This document shows positions 1 to 12,620 of a stretch of 64,000 nucleotides of DNA, in pieces. The position numbers and the translations under genes are program-made. The DNA comes from Paraphysomonas bandaiensis (lineage: Eukaryota; Protista; Chrysophyceae). The stretch is from positions 186,001-250,000 of the forward strand of contig CBFFRP010000199.1 of the NCBI GenBank assembly GCA_965644295.1, read 5' to 3'. The notes beneath the pieces were generated by a model. It worked only from the letters and a program-made list of their open reading frames with translations. It was not told where the DNA came from and ran no database searches. Numbering within the stretch: the first letter of the stretch is position 1; each line of letters starts with the position of its first letter.

Positions 1-518
1 GTCAATGCCTATTCGGATATCTATCTATTACTAGCACATCATTACACATCACTGAGATGGATGATGATAACAGAATGAAGGATAACAAGAACAGTGATCA
101 AATATGGTTACGACGTCTTCTCAAAGTGTCTATGCATTTATTCCAAGGAAGTCAGAATAAGTCATATGTTACTATATGATGGCAATATTGTGCTCATTGC
201 GAGATATAAAGGACTCTTGCTGACTAAAAAATTAGCTGTGGTATATTACAATAGATGTTTTTGAAGCAATTGCTTCGTACACGCTATATACTGGCTGTGA
301 CTGAGCTCCATATCTTCTTGACTTTAAGGAATAATTTTATGTCAATACTCTTCTCTGCGTATATGAATATGAACTATATATAGGCTGTACTCACGATACG
401 TGTATATTTAACGTATGTGCACTGTATATTCATGGTGATAAGAGTATAGTATATAGTGCGTATGCTCACCCTGATTCACCAAACAACATATATACTGTGG
501 TTGGTGGTTGGTACTATC

Positions 519-660
519 CAGGGGTGTGTAACAATTAATTGAATTGAAAATAATTGTAATTGCAATTTAATTGCATGGAAATGGAAAATATGTAGTTATT
601 GCAATTTAATTGCTAAAAAGCATTTGCAATTTAATTGCTATTAATTGTTACGCAGCCCTG
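519..660. mobile_element. 142-bp MITE, hAT-like (CAGGG family)
   Basis: Left end CAGGGGTGTGTAACAATTAAT matches the reverse complement of the right end (CAGGGCTGCGTAACAATTAAT) at 19 of 21 positions. Exact 8-bp TSD GTACTATC at 511-518 and 661-668. Confidence 0.92.
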
Positions 661-952
661 GTACTATCCAATACTGGCTACTGGCTACACGAGAGCTATT
701 AGTAATATACCAAATATATATTACTCAATCCATCTAATACATATCATTTTGTGTACAAAATATATAACAAACACAGATATAATATATTTTACTTATGGTA
801 TAATATTATATAATTATATAGAATAATAGCTTCCATCATACACTTAACTATACACTTGCGATAACAAATATAGAGAGCATCTTTGCACCACTAAACCCTC
901 TAAGCACTACTACTGCAATCCGTGTTCAGAACAGTTCAAATTATAACGCATA

Positions 953-2125
953 CTACTCATACTCATTTAATTCTTTTTTCAGTTCTGCTAAGCGCCCATG
1001 CAACTGTAATAGCATTGATTCATCGGAACCCACGTTCACGCCCCGCACGTTTTTTTCTGGCGCAACCGGTCTTACGTTCCGCTTACCCTTGCACCCAGAA
1101 GTAGTACGTCTAAGTAGTGCTGATTCCGCATTTGCTATTTCTTGACGCAATCGGTTTAGCTCGCCTTGGACAGTGGTTATTTCTGCACGCCTCTGGTGCT
1201 GCAAGGAAGTGTATTTGTAGTCATAGTACCGCAGGGCCTTGCGTAGCTCTTTCAGGGTATACTTACTTTCCACTCGTATTTCATCATTTCGAGTCCACTT
1301 GGACTCCAGTGCAGATTCGTATCGCATCACCTCCTCTCTCTGTCGCTTTAGACGTACCTCCAGTTCCTCTCTGCAGGCATCCTCTGCAGATGCAACTTGT
1401 TCCGCTGCACGTTCACGACACTCCTTCAGAGCCTGTTTGATATTGTTCCGCTGGAGAGCTGACTCATTTTGACTCTTGGCGAGAACCTCGGTCGCTATAC
1501 GAGAGTTGTGTCGTAACACAAGGTACTGCTCTGTCACAGCCTTTAAATTCGACAACGAGGTCGCGTGCGCATTTCTAAGGGAAAAGAGAAAATTATCTAA
1601 GGACTTTGTGAGAGCTTCACGCTTTTGTTCTTCTAGAGACTTATTTTCCAATATAGCTCGATCTAGCTTACTATGTAAAGCCTTGCACTCACTGGCAATG
1701 TTTTGCCGCAATAAAATAGATTCTTGAAGAGCTCTGGCAAGTTCATCCGCGCCTTCACGCATAAGCTGTTCCATCTCAGCAGCCCTAATCTTTTCCCCGT
1801 TATCTCGCTTTTGTATTGGCTTCGTAGCAGCAACCAATTGCTTGAGATGTTGTGCCTCATAGTAACCCTCTAAGTGGAACTTGTCCAGTATTAATCTCGC
1901 CTCTAGTATCTCCGCCTGTCTCTCTAATATTTCAATTTTCTTCTTAAAAATTCCTGAATCTAACACTACAGATGATGTCTCGCTGTCGAGCCATCTTCCA
2001 CGGAGCTCTGATAGCTCTTTCATATGTTTCTCGGTAGTTGCTAGCTCTTCTATTGCTTGTCTATACTCTTCCTCAAAGTCGAGTGCTCGTTTACGAGCAA
2101 GCTCCACTGAATTCAGCACATTCAT
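953..2125 (-). CDS. Coiled-coil protein, weak resemblance to CCDC77-like proteins
   Basis: Uninterrupted ORF of about 390 aa, E/K/R/L/A-rich with heptad pattern. First ATG at 2125; an upstream exon is not excluded. The family guess comes from remembered motifs only. Confidence 0.75.
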   Translation of the reverse strand: MNVLNSVELARKRALDFEEEYRQAIEELATTEKHMKELSELRGRWLDSETSSVVLDSGIFKKKIEILERQAEILEARLILDKFHLEGYYEAQHLKQLVAATKPIQKRDNGEKIRAAEMEQLMREGADELARALQESILLRQNIASECKALHSKLDRAILENKSLEEQKREALTKSLDNFLFSLRNAHATSLSNLKAVTEQYLVLRHNSRIATEVLAKSQNESALQRNNIKQALKECRERAAEQVASAEDACREELEVRLKRQREEVMRYESALESKWTRNDEIRVESKYTLKELRKALRYYDYKYTSLQHQRRAEITTVQGELNRLRQEIANAESALLRRTTSGCKGKRNVRPVAPEKNVRGVNVGSDESMLLQLHGRLAELKKELNEYE

Positions 2126-3246
2126 ACTCGACAAGACACGGATTTATAATATCAACTAATGGGAGTAATGTGATATGGAAATGAATCAAGCGGATTGGGT
2201 TGTTAGGATGATATATGAGCCCATAGACATGATGATACATGCATGATGTTCAGTCAATGCTGTAATCTAAAATTCAAATAGTAAACAAAAAAGTCCCTGA
2301 GGCAAACACATATTGCAGAAAAGCCTTATTTAATACAACAGTAATCTCAGGGTTTTGGCATAAAAAGGGTTTTTTGATGTCTCGTGGGAGGAGAAATCTA
2401 CATTTTCTTTAGATGCCATCACAGCAAAGAAGTATATCGGATCTTAATGCATTGTGTGGCAGGTGGCAGGCATATAATGGGAGGGAGATCTATAGGAAGT
2501 CCATTGAGAGCAATGGAAAGAAGAGAACCATATCAACCCTACAAATTATGTTGCGGAGGAACTCTTACCATATATTTCACATGACAGTGATATATGGTAA
2601 ATGATAATTCAGCGTATGTCTGTTGCACGAGCAAGATCTCTTCTAGACTGCTGTGTGCTATATGAAATCTACACACAGAGCTACAAAGCAAAGAGAAGGA
2701 CGACACACTAATACAGAGGAAGAAGATGACAGTGGAATTGATATATCATTGAATATGTCGAGCACTGAATTAGTGAAAGCTGCTTTAGTGAATGTCGTAA
2801 CCGTAGAGCTGTAATATAAGTAACGTTGACTAAGGGCTAGCATGATATAACATAACCAGCTAACATAATATAGCCGTGAGGTATTCATTATCAAGCTCTT
2901 CTGTAAGTGGAAGGTGGAACCATTTTTAGGGAGCAAATACAGGATGCACACAACACTCGCTAGTCTCAGTAAGTTATCTACCGGATAAATTCTTTCTACT
3001 CGCCATAGAATAGTCTACGAGGACCTTTCCCCAAGTACGATAGCATAGGATAAAATTATTATTTGTGAACATCGACAGTTACTAATATTCAATGTGAGTC
3101 AGTCAATGCAATACCAAGATAATGTTCATCTCACTCCACATCATGACACAATAAAACGCCATACTATAGAATACCATAAAAATTTAGGAACTCAGCCATG
3201 CGGCTTCTAAAATAAAATTAATCACACACACCATTGGCCTCAAAAA

Positions 3247-4252
3247 TCAGTGCACGACTTCACCGAGGCCTAGCTTCAGCACTCTTCGTGTATCTGCGCG
3301 CCTGGTCATTCCTCCACCTTCAGTGATGAACACGCTGCTGTCAGGAAAACCACGGACGGAATCGCATCCAAGGCGAGCTGAGGAAGGGCTCGTCAGACCA
3401 GACGCCAGTATAGTAGATACTGGCGAAGAACCCTCACTCAACGAAAATTGTACAACATTCCCGTCCCTAAAGTCCGCTCCGATGATAGACTTGCCGTCGG
3501 GTGTAAGAGTGAAGTCATCCAACATAGTGACGCCTTCTGGTTCTATTTCCCGCAACGGGACAGCAGAATACTTGCTAGCTCCAGGCCACGAAAGATCATA
3601 CACCATAACTTTACTTCCAATTACCTAGGGCAGGAATACGTGAAATTATCACACGATTCAGGGGATATCATACCTGAGATACATAGAGCAGACGAGATGA
3701 TTGGTCAATATAGGCTCCATCCGCTGCGTACAGCTTCGAGACATAGTCTCGCACATTTCCATTTGTTGGATTGACTTCATAAACTTCACCTTCACCAGGA
3801 AGAAAGTTGCCTTCCGTGGTGACATAGAGCAAGCCGCTGGTCCAATCTGCAGCTACACCATTTCCTGCCTTCGATAAATGTGCAATAATCGTGAAAGAAT
3901 TAGGAGCATTTTTGTCTATATCAATCACAACAAACTCTTTGTTTCCATTTGTTTCGTTTTTCACGGCAGCAGCACCGTAAAGATGTTGACCTGTTTTGTC
4001 CAAAGCCAATCCATTAAGACCCTCCAATCCTGTCAAATGCACTTCTGTGGTATACGAGTTGAGTTTTTCGTCATAGTATACTTTTGATAAGGTGCCCATT
4101 GTCGTATCACTGACCCAAAACAAACTCATGGAAGAATCACACACCAAATTTTCAGCCCAAACAAAATTATCTGCGATAGTTTCAAGCTCAGACGCGCTGA
4201 CCCATACGGCAGATAGATTAATCAAGAAATATATTCCCAGTGAGGATTTCAT
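3247..4252 (-). CDS. Secreted SMP-30/gluconolactonase-like beta-propeller protein, 2 exons
   Basis: Signal peptide MKSSLGIYFLINLSAVWVSA. Propeller-type motifs WAENL, LNGLALD, GNGVAAD, ADGAYID, LDDFTLTPDG, GLTSPSS. A GT-AG intron at about 3626-3673 joins the two ORFs in frame. Confidence 0.85.
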
Positions 4253-4706
4253 GTTTACAACAGATTTAGCAGTGTTGTTATTATTATTGAAAGCAGGTTT
4301 AGATATTACACAGAGGTTTAAGGAATGGAGATACTGTGACAACAGACACATTCAACACGCACGAGCACTACGACACAGGCATATCTAGGCTCTAGCTATA
4401 CTCTGTACCGCTGTACCTGATACACTGTTAGCAGTGGTGTACCGCTGTACCGATAGAGCTGTACACAATCTGCTGTTTTAAGTTGAGATGAATATACAGC
4501 AATATACGGATGTAGGATTGCAGAAGAATATGCGTATGTGAAGTAGGAAGTAGAAGTAGGTGAAATACTAGTCATCCAACACAACAACAAGACAGTCTGA
4601 GTACGTGTGAAGAGATATATACATACACATAGAGAGAAGGAGAGATAAGGAAGAAGAGTCTATAAGACCCTCTTGCCTCAATTACTTTACTATCATCTGT
4701 AATGAG

Positions 4707-7355
4707 ATGCTAACCATGACAAAAACTACTTCACAAGACAAGCAAAATAATTCAAATGATACAATACGATCATATTTTGCGAGATATTACTTTTATTTTC
4801 TTCGTGTAGTTGTAGTAGTATGTTTATTAGGGGCAGGAGCAGGATGTGGTTATGTATTTCATCAACTTGTTAATGATCTAGAAAATGAAGTAGCAGAGTC
4901 AACATATAAATCAATTGCACAGCATGCACTTAGTAATGCTAAAACACTCACTCAATCTAAACTGGATGCTGGAAAGGCCTTAGCAACACTTGTTTCTTTT
5001 CACCTACCAGACTCTTCAGCTTGGCCTTTCATTGGCCTTTATGGATTTCCAGAAATATCTGATACCATAAATGACTTATCAGAAAATAGGTTTATGAACT
5101 TGGTTGTGCTGGTTGATCCAAGCGATGCCAAAGCTTTCGAAAATCACGCGCAGGAATATTATGGCATGCATAATCCCGAAGGTGCGGGGTACAGTGAATT
5201 CGGTTTTGGCATTTTTGCCGTCAACCACTCTATTAGTAATTATTCAGACGGTCGCTACAATGACATCACCGGCAGAACTTCATTCAGTAGTTCTTACGAT
5301 ATATTGGCTGTTATTTTTTTACACACATTTCCAGCATCATCGGCGTTGATGTACAACATTCATTCAGAGGAATTTCGAGCTAGAGGTGTGGATAGCATGA
5401 TTTCTTGCTTCAATAGCGCTGTGAGTCGAAGCAAGCCTGTTGCGTGTTCGGTAGTTACGGATTTTGTAACCCTGCTTACTATTAGTGATGCAGGCCCATC
5501 GGCCCTCCTTTACCAGCCGGTATATTCTCCCGATAATGCTACGACACTTGTTGGCCTAATAACGACGTCTATTGTCTGGACCTCTGTCCTAGACAGTCTT
5601 TTTCCTGATAAGGTGCGTGACCTGGACTGCGTGATTTCCACAGACACCGCCGCCTATACGTGGACAGTAGGAGGGGGGAAGTCTGTGCTAAAAGGCGCGG
5701 GGGATCTACACAACAAAAAGTTTTCCTCACTTGGTAAAAGTATTGTACTGAATAATGACTTGACCGACGCTTCTGCCTCTGTTCTTTATACTCTTACGTT
5801 ATACCCCACGGAAGCCCTATTCGAGGAGTTTAGAACTAATACCTCGCAATATGTTGGGTTTGGAAGCTCGGCTGTGGCAGTGATATTGCTGATTGGAGTA
5901 CTGCTATTCTACATGTACGAATACAAAACCAGAAAGGAATTTCGAGAGGCGAAGCAAGTCCTTGATTCCAAAAGACGGTTTGTGCGATTCATTTCTCACG
6001 AAATCCGTACGCCTCTGAACACCGTGGTGCTCGGCATGACTCTGATGCAGTCTGAACTGAAAAAAAGACGAAATAGCTGCAAGCTAGAGAACGATGATGA
6101 TAAAGTGGAAGATTTTAACTCTAAAAGGCAGAGAATATGCATGGTAGAGAGTGACTTAGACGAATGGCTTCAGATCAGCACAGATGTACTAGACAATGCC
6201 CAGAATGCGGTGAGCGTCCTCAACGATGTCCTCAGCTACGATAAGGTAGAGACTGGCACGTTGCGATTAGATATAACAGACGTGAATGTGTGGAGTCTCG
6301 TCAATCGCGCTGTCAAAGAGTTTGCGATACAGGCTAGACAGTCAAGCATTACTATGCACCTGATAATGGAGCAGAGGGTTGAGTATACACGATTGAAAGT
6401 TGTAGGGGACCATGTACGTCTAGCGCAGGTCGTGAGGAACTTAATATCGAACGCGCTTAAATTTACGCCTGCTGATGGATCGATTGTGGTGTCGTGTGAG
6501 TGGATTGCAGGAAACGATGCTCGAACCAGTGTTTTTCCGATGGTGTTGAGTCCTGGTAGCGTCGTGCCAGGGCAGATCTGTCCCTCTTCTGGAGTAGTTC
6601 GCATTCAGGTCCAGGACAACGGTGCTGGGATGAAGGAATGCCAAATCAAGAAGCTATTCGACGAGGGGGTACAATTTGACGTGAATACACTGCAGGCTGG
6701 ACAAGGCAGTGGCCTTGGTCTGTATATATCTCAGGGTATTGTAAATCAACATGGTGGAATCATGTATGCTACATCTGAGGGAGTCGGAAAGGGCGCAACC
6801 TTCACTGTAGAACTTCCATTATCTGACACCTTTGAACAGGAGGTTTCGCAGTCAATCCAAGGGAGTGATACGGACAACAATTTGCATGCGGTTACTGAAA
6901 GTTTGTTTTGCGATCTTGGATCAGTTAGCGTCAACACTAATCAACCTAGACCAAGCGTAACAGAGAGTAGTGGTTATAGAATTCTTGTAGTCGACGATGC
7001 CCCGACGAATCGAAAAATGCTAATTAGAATACTTACGAAACAAGGCTATGTGTGCGATTATGCGGAGAGCGGTAGAGAGGCTGTCGATAAATATAGCACC
7101 TGTAATTCCGATAACTACTATCATACGATTTTGATGGACTACGAAATGCCCAGCATGAATGGACCTGAGGCAGCCATGGAATTGCGTGCCATGGGCTGTA
7201 AGAGTCTTATTATAGGAATAACAGGGAACATACTCCCTGATGATGTTACATATTTTAAGTCTTGCGGGGTTTTTGATGTCTTGCCAAAACCACTCAACAT
7301 TGCATCATTGGAACGTGTTTGGAATGAATATGAAGAGTATACTCAGTGTACGTAG
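4707..7355 (+). CDS. Membrane-bound hybrid sensor histidine kinase (TM, CHASE-like sensor, TM, HisKA, HATPase, REC)
   Basis: H-box FISHEIRTPL, N-box NLISNALKFT, G-boxes DNGAG and GSGLGL, receiver motifs LVVDD, ILMDYEMP and LPKP. Two hydrophobic helices flank the sensor region. Intronless. Confidence 0.95.
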   Translation: MLTMTKTTSQDKQNNSNDTIRSYFARYYFYFLRVVVVVCLLGAGAGCGYVFHQLVNDLENEVAESTYKSIAQHALSNAKTLTQSKLDAGKALATLVSFHLPDSSAWPFIGLYGFPEISDTINDLSENRFMNLVVLVDPSDAKAFENHAQEYYGMHNPEGAGYSEFGFGIFAVNHSISNYSDGRYNDITGRTSFSSSYDILAVIFLHTFPASSALMYNIHSEEFRARGVDSMISCFNSAVSRSKPVACSVVTDFVTLLTISDAGPSALLYQPVYSPDNATTLVGLITTSIVWTSVLDSLFPDKVRDLDCVISTDTAAYTWTVGGGKSVLKGAGDLHNKKFSSLGKSIVLNNDLTDASASVLYTLTLYPTEALFEEFRTNTSQYVGFGSSAVAVILLIGVLLFYMYEYKTRKEFREAKQVLDSKRRFVRFISHEIRTPLNTVVLGMTLMQSELKKRRNSCKLENDDDKVEDFNSKRQRICMVESDLDEWLQISTDVLDNAQNAVSVLNDVLSYDKVETGTLRLDITDVNVWSLVNRAVKEFAIQARQSSITMHLIMEQRVEYTRLKVVGDHVRLAQVVRNLISNALKFTPADGSIVVSCEWIAGNDARTSVFPMVLSPGSVVPGQICPSSGVVRIQVQDNGAGMKECQIKKLFDEGVQFDVNTLQAGQGSGLGLYISQGIVNQHGGIMYATSEGVGKGATFTVELPLSDTFEQEVSQSIQGSDTDNNLHAVTESLFCDLGSVSVNTNQPRPSVTESSGYRILVVDDAPTNRKMLIRILTKQGYVCDYAESGREAVDKYSTCNSDNYYHTILMDYEMPSMNGPEAAMELRAMGCKSLIIGITGNILPDDVTYFKSCGVFDVLPKPLNIASLERVWNEYEEYTQCT

Positions 7356-8081
7356 ATTTTTCGAATTTTTTCTTATACAGTAGCGGTTTTTCTTGTGGTG
7401 GATTACCCAACTCTCTTTCATGTACTTGTAGGTTTAGATATAGAATGCTAATGTACTATAGTAATTATAGCTAGTGTATGTCCTTTGACTTTTGAGAGTA
7501 ATTGCAATAATTGTAGAAGAGAAGCGCAAAAAAACTATGATCTAAGCGTGCCGTGATTTCACCACACTCAGTATTCAGTAGCTCTGTGTGACCAATGATA
7601 CTTTCCTCATGAAGTGACATGTCTTAGCATTTAGCCCATATTGTCCCCTGGCAATACTTTTTAAAGGTATGATAGTGAAACATCAAGAATGATCACATCA
7701 CACATCACGTACCTTATCTACTCAATACAGTTGCAAGAAAGCAAGCTCATTATAATGTATTATTCCCATTTTGTTATACTAACCTGAATTAGGATTAACA
7801 GAACGTTCATATATTCTTAGCAACGGGAAATATTTAATATTCGGTTCGAACAGAGAAATTCTATCCTCTTTTAAATATATCACGCAATCGAAATTTACGG
7901 GTAATTCACAATGCAGAGCCATTATTAAAAAGAAGATCATCAAACACTCCGAGTTATATTATATCCTTTGCCTGATGTAGAAGATAATAACCTGTGTTAG
8001 TGGAAGCAATGTATTTTCATAACTAGGACTTCGCAACAAATCTTCTAGAATATGACTGGTGTGTTCAAATGCTATATCTGA

Positions 8082-8888
8082 CAGGGCTGCGTATCAATTA
8101 ATTGTCAATTAATTCACTCAGGTTGTAGTCAATTATAATTGCAATTATTACTTGCTGTCTCAATTTCAACTATTGCAATTAACTGCAATTATTTAGTACT
8201 AAAATACACTAGCTGCCAATATTGCCACATTGAATCTTCACGACTGCCTTTTTGAATAATAGCAGCACTGTCGCCCAGTTGACGCTCAGAAATCGGGTGC
8301 ATTATGAAGAGTTTTCGCCAATCAATATACAAACGTCGTGGAGGTCAAGCTAGTGTTAACCTTACTTCTGTAATTGTAAGGACACTAGTTGAAACAATTT
8401 CTATTCCTCCCGTATTGCACGAGCTTGGCATGCTCCTTTTCACTTGGCATTAGACTTAACACATCGGAACCAAGCTCGAATGATCGCATATGATTAGATA
8501 GAAGCAAGTAGCAGTCAAACACGGAAAATGTGGAGCCCCTTTTCCTGCAGGACAAATCTCTATTGCAGCCTCTTCGTTGATATTATCATTATTTACTTTC
8601 TCAAATAACACTCGTGCAATGACTTCTGGTGTCAGTAAATTAATTAAAATTACTATGTGAGATAATCCTATGAATATTTTATAGTCATTCACCAATCTTC
8701 GATATTTATCCTAAAAAATGGATTTTTCAATGCCGTTTTTTAGCATCTTTTTAGCATAAAAAGGTGGGTTTTTTAATATCAATTAATTGAAGCTAGCTGG
8801 AGTCAATTATAATTGCAATTATGAATCGATGTCCCAATTTCAACAATTGCAATTTCAATAATTGACAATTAATTGATACGCAGCCCTG
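8082..8888. mobile_element. 807-bp non-autonomous hAT-like element (CAGGG family)
   Basis: Perfect 30-bp TIR CAGGGCTGCGTATCAATTAATTGTCAATTA. Exact 8-bp TSD ATATCTGA at 8074-8081 and 8889-8896. Confidence 0.95.
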
Positions 8889-8927
8889 ATATCTGATACT
8901 GAAGATGATTTAAAGTAGTATATATAT

Positions 8928-9011
8928 ATGAAAGTCTTATTATTAGCAATATATAGGCGTCGAGAATCAGCACCAGATTAGTAGTTAGAGATGATTTCTA
9001 GTCAAGCTAGA
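8928..9011. repeat. Dispersed repeat fragment, copy 1 (similar to 31011-31088)
   Basis: Shared blocks ATGAAAGTCTTAT, ATTAGCAATA, TAGGCGTCGAG, CAGCACCAGAT and CTAGTCAAGCTAGA in the same order. Confidence 0.8.
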
Positions 9012-9684
9012 AATATAGGATTTATTTTTTGAATTAGTCTTGCACAATTGTCCTTCACATATATGAGGATACTATTGATTTTAACTATAGGGATAAGGAG
9101 AATCGTCCCTTTTGTCCAAAAATTTTAGAGCTCGGACTTTTGCCCTCGTTTCAAAATTTTGAGCGAGGGACGATGATATAGCCTACAAGTCAACACAGCA
9201 TATTTTAGATCAATTTTGATGTGAACGGATAACAAGTCTTGAAGAGAGGGAACTAAATATAGTAGTGTAAAGTTTCGAAGTTATGAGCGTTGGTGTTGAA
9301 TATTGAATACAGTAGAACAGTAGCTGAGACAGTATTACATGCATTAATGCAGCTCTATCAGCAATCTTTTAGACTAGATGGACTTAATAGAGTGACTGTA
9401 TAATTGTAATTGTGTAATGTATAAGTGACATACATGATCAATGGGTGATAAAATATACTTAACATAATATTTTATTTATTTATTGAGTGTTATATTTACT
9501 GAGTTTACAAATCTGCCCCTCATTTTAAAGAAAGACACTAGCGAACTCCCATTATTCTGTGGTCACATACATCTTGTTGAGTAAAAAAATATTATTTAAA
9601 ACGGTCAACAAATAAAAACATGCAGTGTACAAACTATAAAACTGTAATATATTTACGCCACGCAGTGTAATATACCCAAACATA

Positions 9685-11924
9685 TCATTCTTTTACGAAG
9701 TATTTTTTATCTACGAGTTTCTCAGCTGTTGACTTCACCATATCAAGAGGCAAATGTAGTTGCTGGGCGAGGTGAAGCCATTTGCTTCGGCCAGAGACGA
9801 AATTGGGAAGTCTAGATATATGCTCGATATCACTAATCTTTTTTGCGGCGCTTGATTGTCGATAAGACCACGACGATATTTCACGCTTATCAGCATTTGT
9901 GTATTTTGCGCGTCTCTTTAACCAGGCCTGCACAATATTATCGTACTTGTCTGAAGTTTTCAGAAACAATCTCTCGAGATGTTCCTTGCGCACATTCACA
10001 ACAACTATATCTTCATCCCACTCAGAGTGACAAGATGCAACTGAGTCGTTGTGTTCGTTTGCAGGAGTACTAAGGCGTGTAGCGGTAAGAGAGGACAGCC
10101 TAGACAATCCAGAAAAAATGCCAGATGAAGCAGTAGATGCCGTGGACTGTCGAGTAGAAATGCCATTTTTGTCTTCGTGTCGAGCAAGTAGAGTTGACAC
10201 CTTATCGCATATTTCACTGGCATCGTAGCACACGACGTGGTCGTCGTTGTCACGCATCACGCTTTGGTGGAGACGAAAAAATGGGTGTAACATTAACTCT
10301 CGAACTCTGGCACGCCGGCTGGGGTCCTTATCGAGGCATTTATTGATAAGCATATTGAACTCTTCTGAAAAAATATCTCCCGGTTCAGGAGTGAGTTCGT
10401 CACAAATCAATCGCTGCATGTCCCAGTAATCGGTTGGTGCTTTCTGAGAGGCAGACTGAAGTGGATATCGTGCCAACACGACAGCAAGAAGGGTGAGACC
10501 GAAAGACCATACGTCACTGACACAATCATACTCCCGATTCAGGATACGCTCCGGAGCCATGTAAGCTATGGTACCTACAAAAGAGTTTTCCGACACTACT
10601 CCACTATCTAAGGCAGTCGATATACCAAAATCAGCGACCTTTACTTGGCCGGAACAGTTGAGCATGATATTTCCAGGTTTGATATCTCGGTGCATCTGAT
10701 TTTGACTGTGAAGAAAGTCCAAACCCAACAATACTTGATACGCAATGTCAGCAATAACTTCTTCGTCCCGACACCCCCCGTTATCCACAACATCCTGTAA
10801 AGATCCACCATCCATATACTCTACAACTAAGTTTACCATGCCGTTGGAGCTATCCAGGAAAGCTACGAAAACAGAAAGTGAATATCAGCATATATCGCAT
10901 CCCGACATATAACTCACCGTCATACATTGCAAGGAGCTGTGGGCAACAGCTTACTATGCCGGAGGATTGAGACTTGGCCACTGTGCGCCGACGTCGAAGG
11001 TGAGACGTGGAACTTGATGTCGCTGCATCTGTCTCACTGTCCCAATACTCTTCCCCAATGGTGGTGCTGTCAAGACGCTCATCAATGAGTCTTAGCTGCG
11101 CGAGATTGCGGTAAAGCACAGAGAGTTCGGATGCTATATGTTCGAGGTTTTTCTTTTCGTGAACTGGGATCATCTTGAGCGCCACTACAGTGAGGGTGGG
11201 TACGTGGAAAGCCTCGATTACACTGCCAGAGTTCCCTTTGACTATTGTCAGTGCGACCCAATACATTACAACAATACACACCTGTTCCCAATTTTCCAAT
11301 AGGCACAAAATCAGAACGGCAGCCTGTCAAAAACGACGATGGCGCGTGAGACATATCGCTCACTTCGATTCCCGTCTCGTTTATACGAAAGTCCCCTACT
11401 TGGACGCTACCACCTGGAGTGAGTCTATAGCCTTCCGTTACATAGCTGCTTTCCTGTTTCCCAAATGAAATACAGCCATTAGTATTCTCTTGATCCTCCA
11501 GTACATCAATCTTCAACGCAGGTCTTTTCTTCCTGGACCTGATATTGCCAGTGCTTACTGTACAGCGAGCTGAAGGAGGTTCAGATATTGAATGGGAACA
11601 CTTGACACAACTTTCATCAATATCTACAGACTCCTGACATCCTGTGTCACGCTTATTGTGTGCTCCTGGCAACGCAACAGAGAGAGATCCACTCTTACTC
11701 TCTACACGATTAGTCTCCATATTATGAGATAGCTGCTGAATTGCAATATTTCTGATTGATACTGTCTTTGATTCAACATCAGGACCTTTACCACCACACT
11801 CTATACGAGACATATGATACTTCACATCATCCTCTGTCACATTCATTCTATCAAGACTATCATTTATCCTGGTTTTTACACCAGGTTTAATAGATTTGCG
11901 GTCAACAGCCACCGCAGAGCCCAT
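9685..11924 (-). CDS. MAP kinase kinase (STE7 family), 3 exons
   Basis: Spliced protein contains LGTGNSGSV, VALKMI, EYMDGGSL, HRDIKPGN, DFG, SENSFVGTIAYMAPE and DVWSFG. GT-AG introns at about 11236-11281 and 10863-10917. Confidence 0.92.
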
Positions 11925-12371
11925 TTACAATACACAGACTCTATAGATACATCATCTGATCGATAAGATGGATTTTATTCTTTCTAACATGATCAAATAT
12001 ATATGATTATCATGGAATCGAACTCCGTTGTATTGTAATGTGTGACTAAAGGTGGATGATGATCTATCGGGTGTGTTATGCAGGCGGGCTGAGTACGACA
12101 CAGTCATCGCAATGCCTCAGAACCTTCTGTTCGTCACTTCAATATACTGTACAGGAGTATGTTATGATGTGTGTATGGTTATGAATGTACTGCTGTACTA
12201 GTATGTGTATACAAGAAATACGTGTATTGGTACTTTGTGGAGGCGATAAGAGTACTGCACAGATATTGTAGTGTACACAGGTACACCATGGTACAGCGTA
12301 CAGCAGCATGTTTATCGCAAGAAAAAGTGTTGTGTGGAAATGCAAATACAGGTGGTTGTTCGTATCGATTT

Positions 12372-12444
12372 ATTGAAAAATCGTCGTTTTTTCAGTGAAA
12401 AGTGAAAAAAATGATTTTCAATTGAAAAACGACGATTTTTCAAT
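12372..12444. repeat. Inverted repeat / hairpin in divergent intergenic region
   Basis: ATTGAAAAATCGTCGTTTTT (12372-12391) is the exact reverse complement of 12425-12444. Confidence 0.85.
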
Positions 12445-12620
12445 GAATACTCTCTATATATATCACCACTACATGATACATACAGTGCACCCTTATGGTA
12501 CATCTATACATACCACTCTGTATAGAGTTCCACTGCACTGTAATTGATATCAAAGAAGAATTCCACTCTCTACACACACACCTTCATACACAAACCTTCA
12601 TATGGATAGAACTATCTAAC

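Noticed and set aside
9088-9185. Degenerate hairpin (ATCGTCCCT...AGGGACGAT) as a MITE
   Set aside because: The inverted match is short and imperfect, and there is no convincing TSD.
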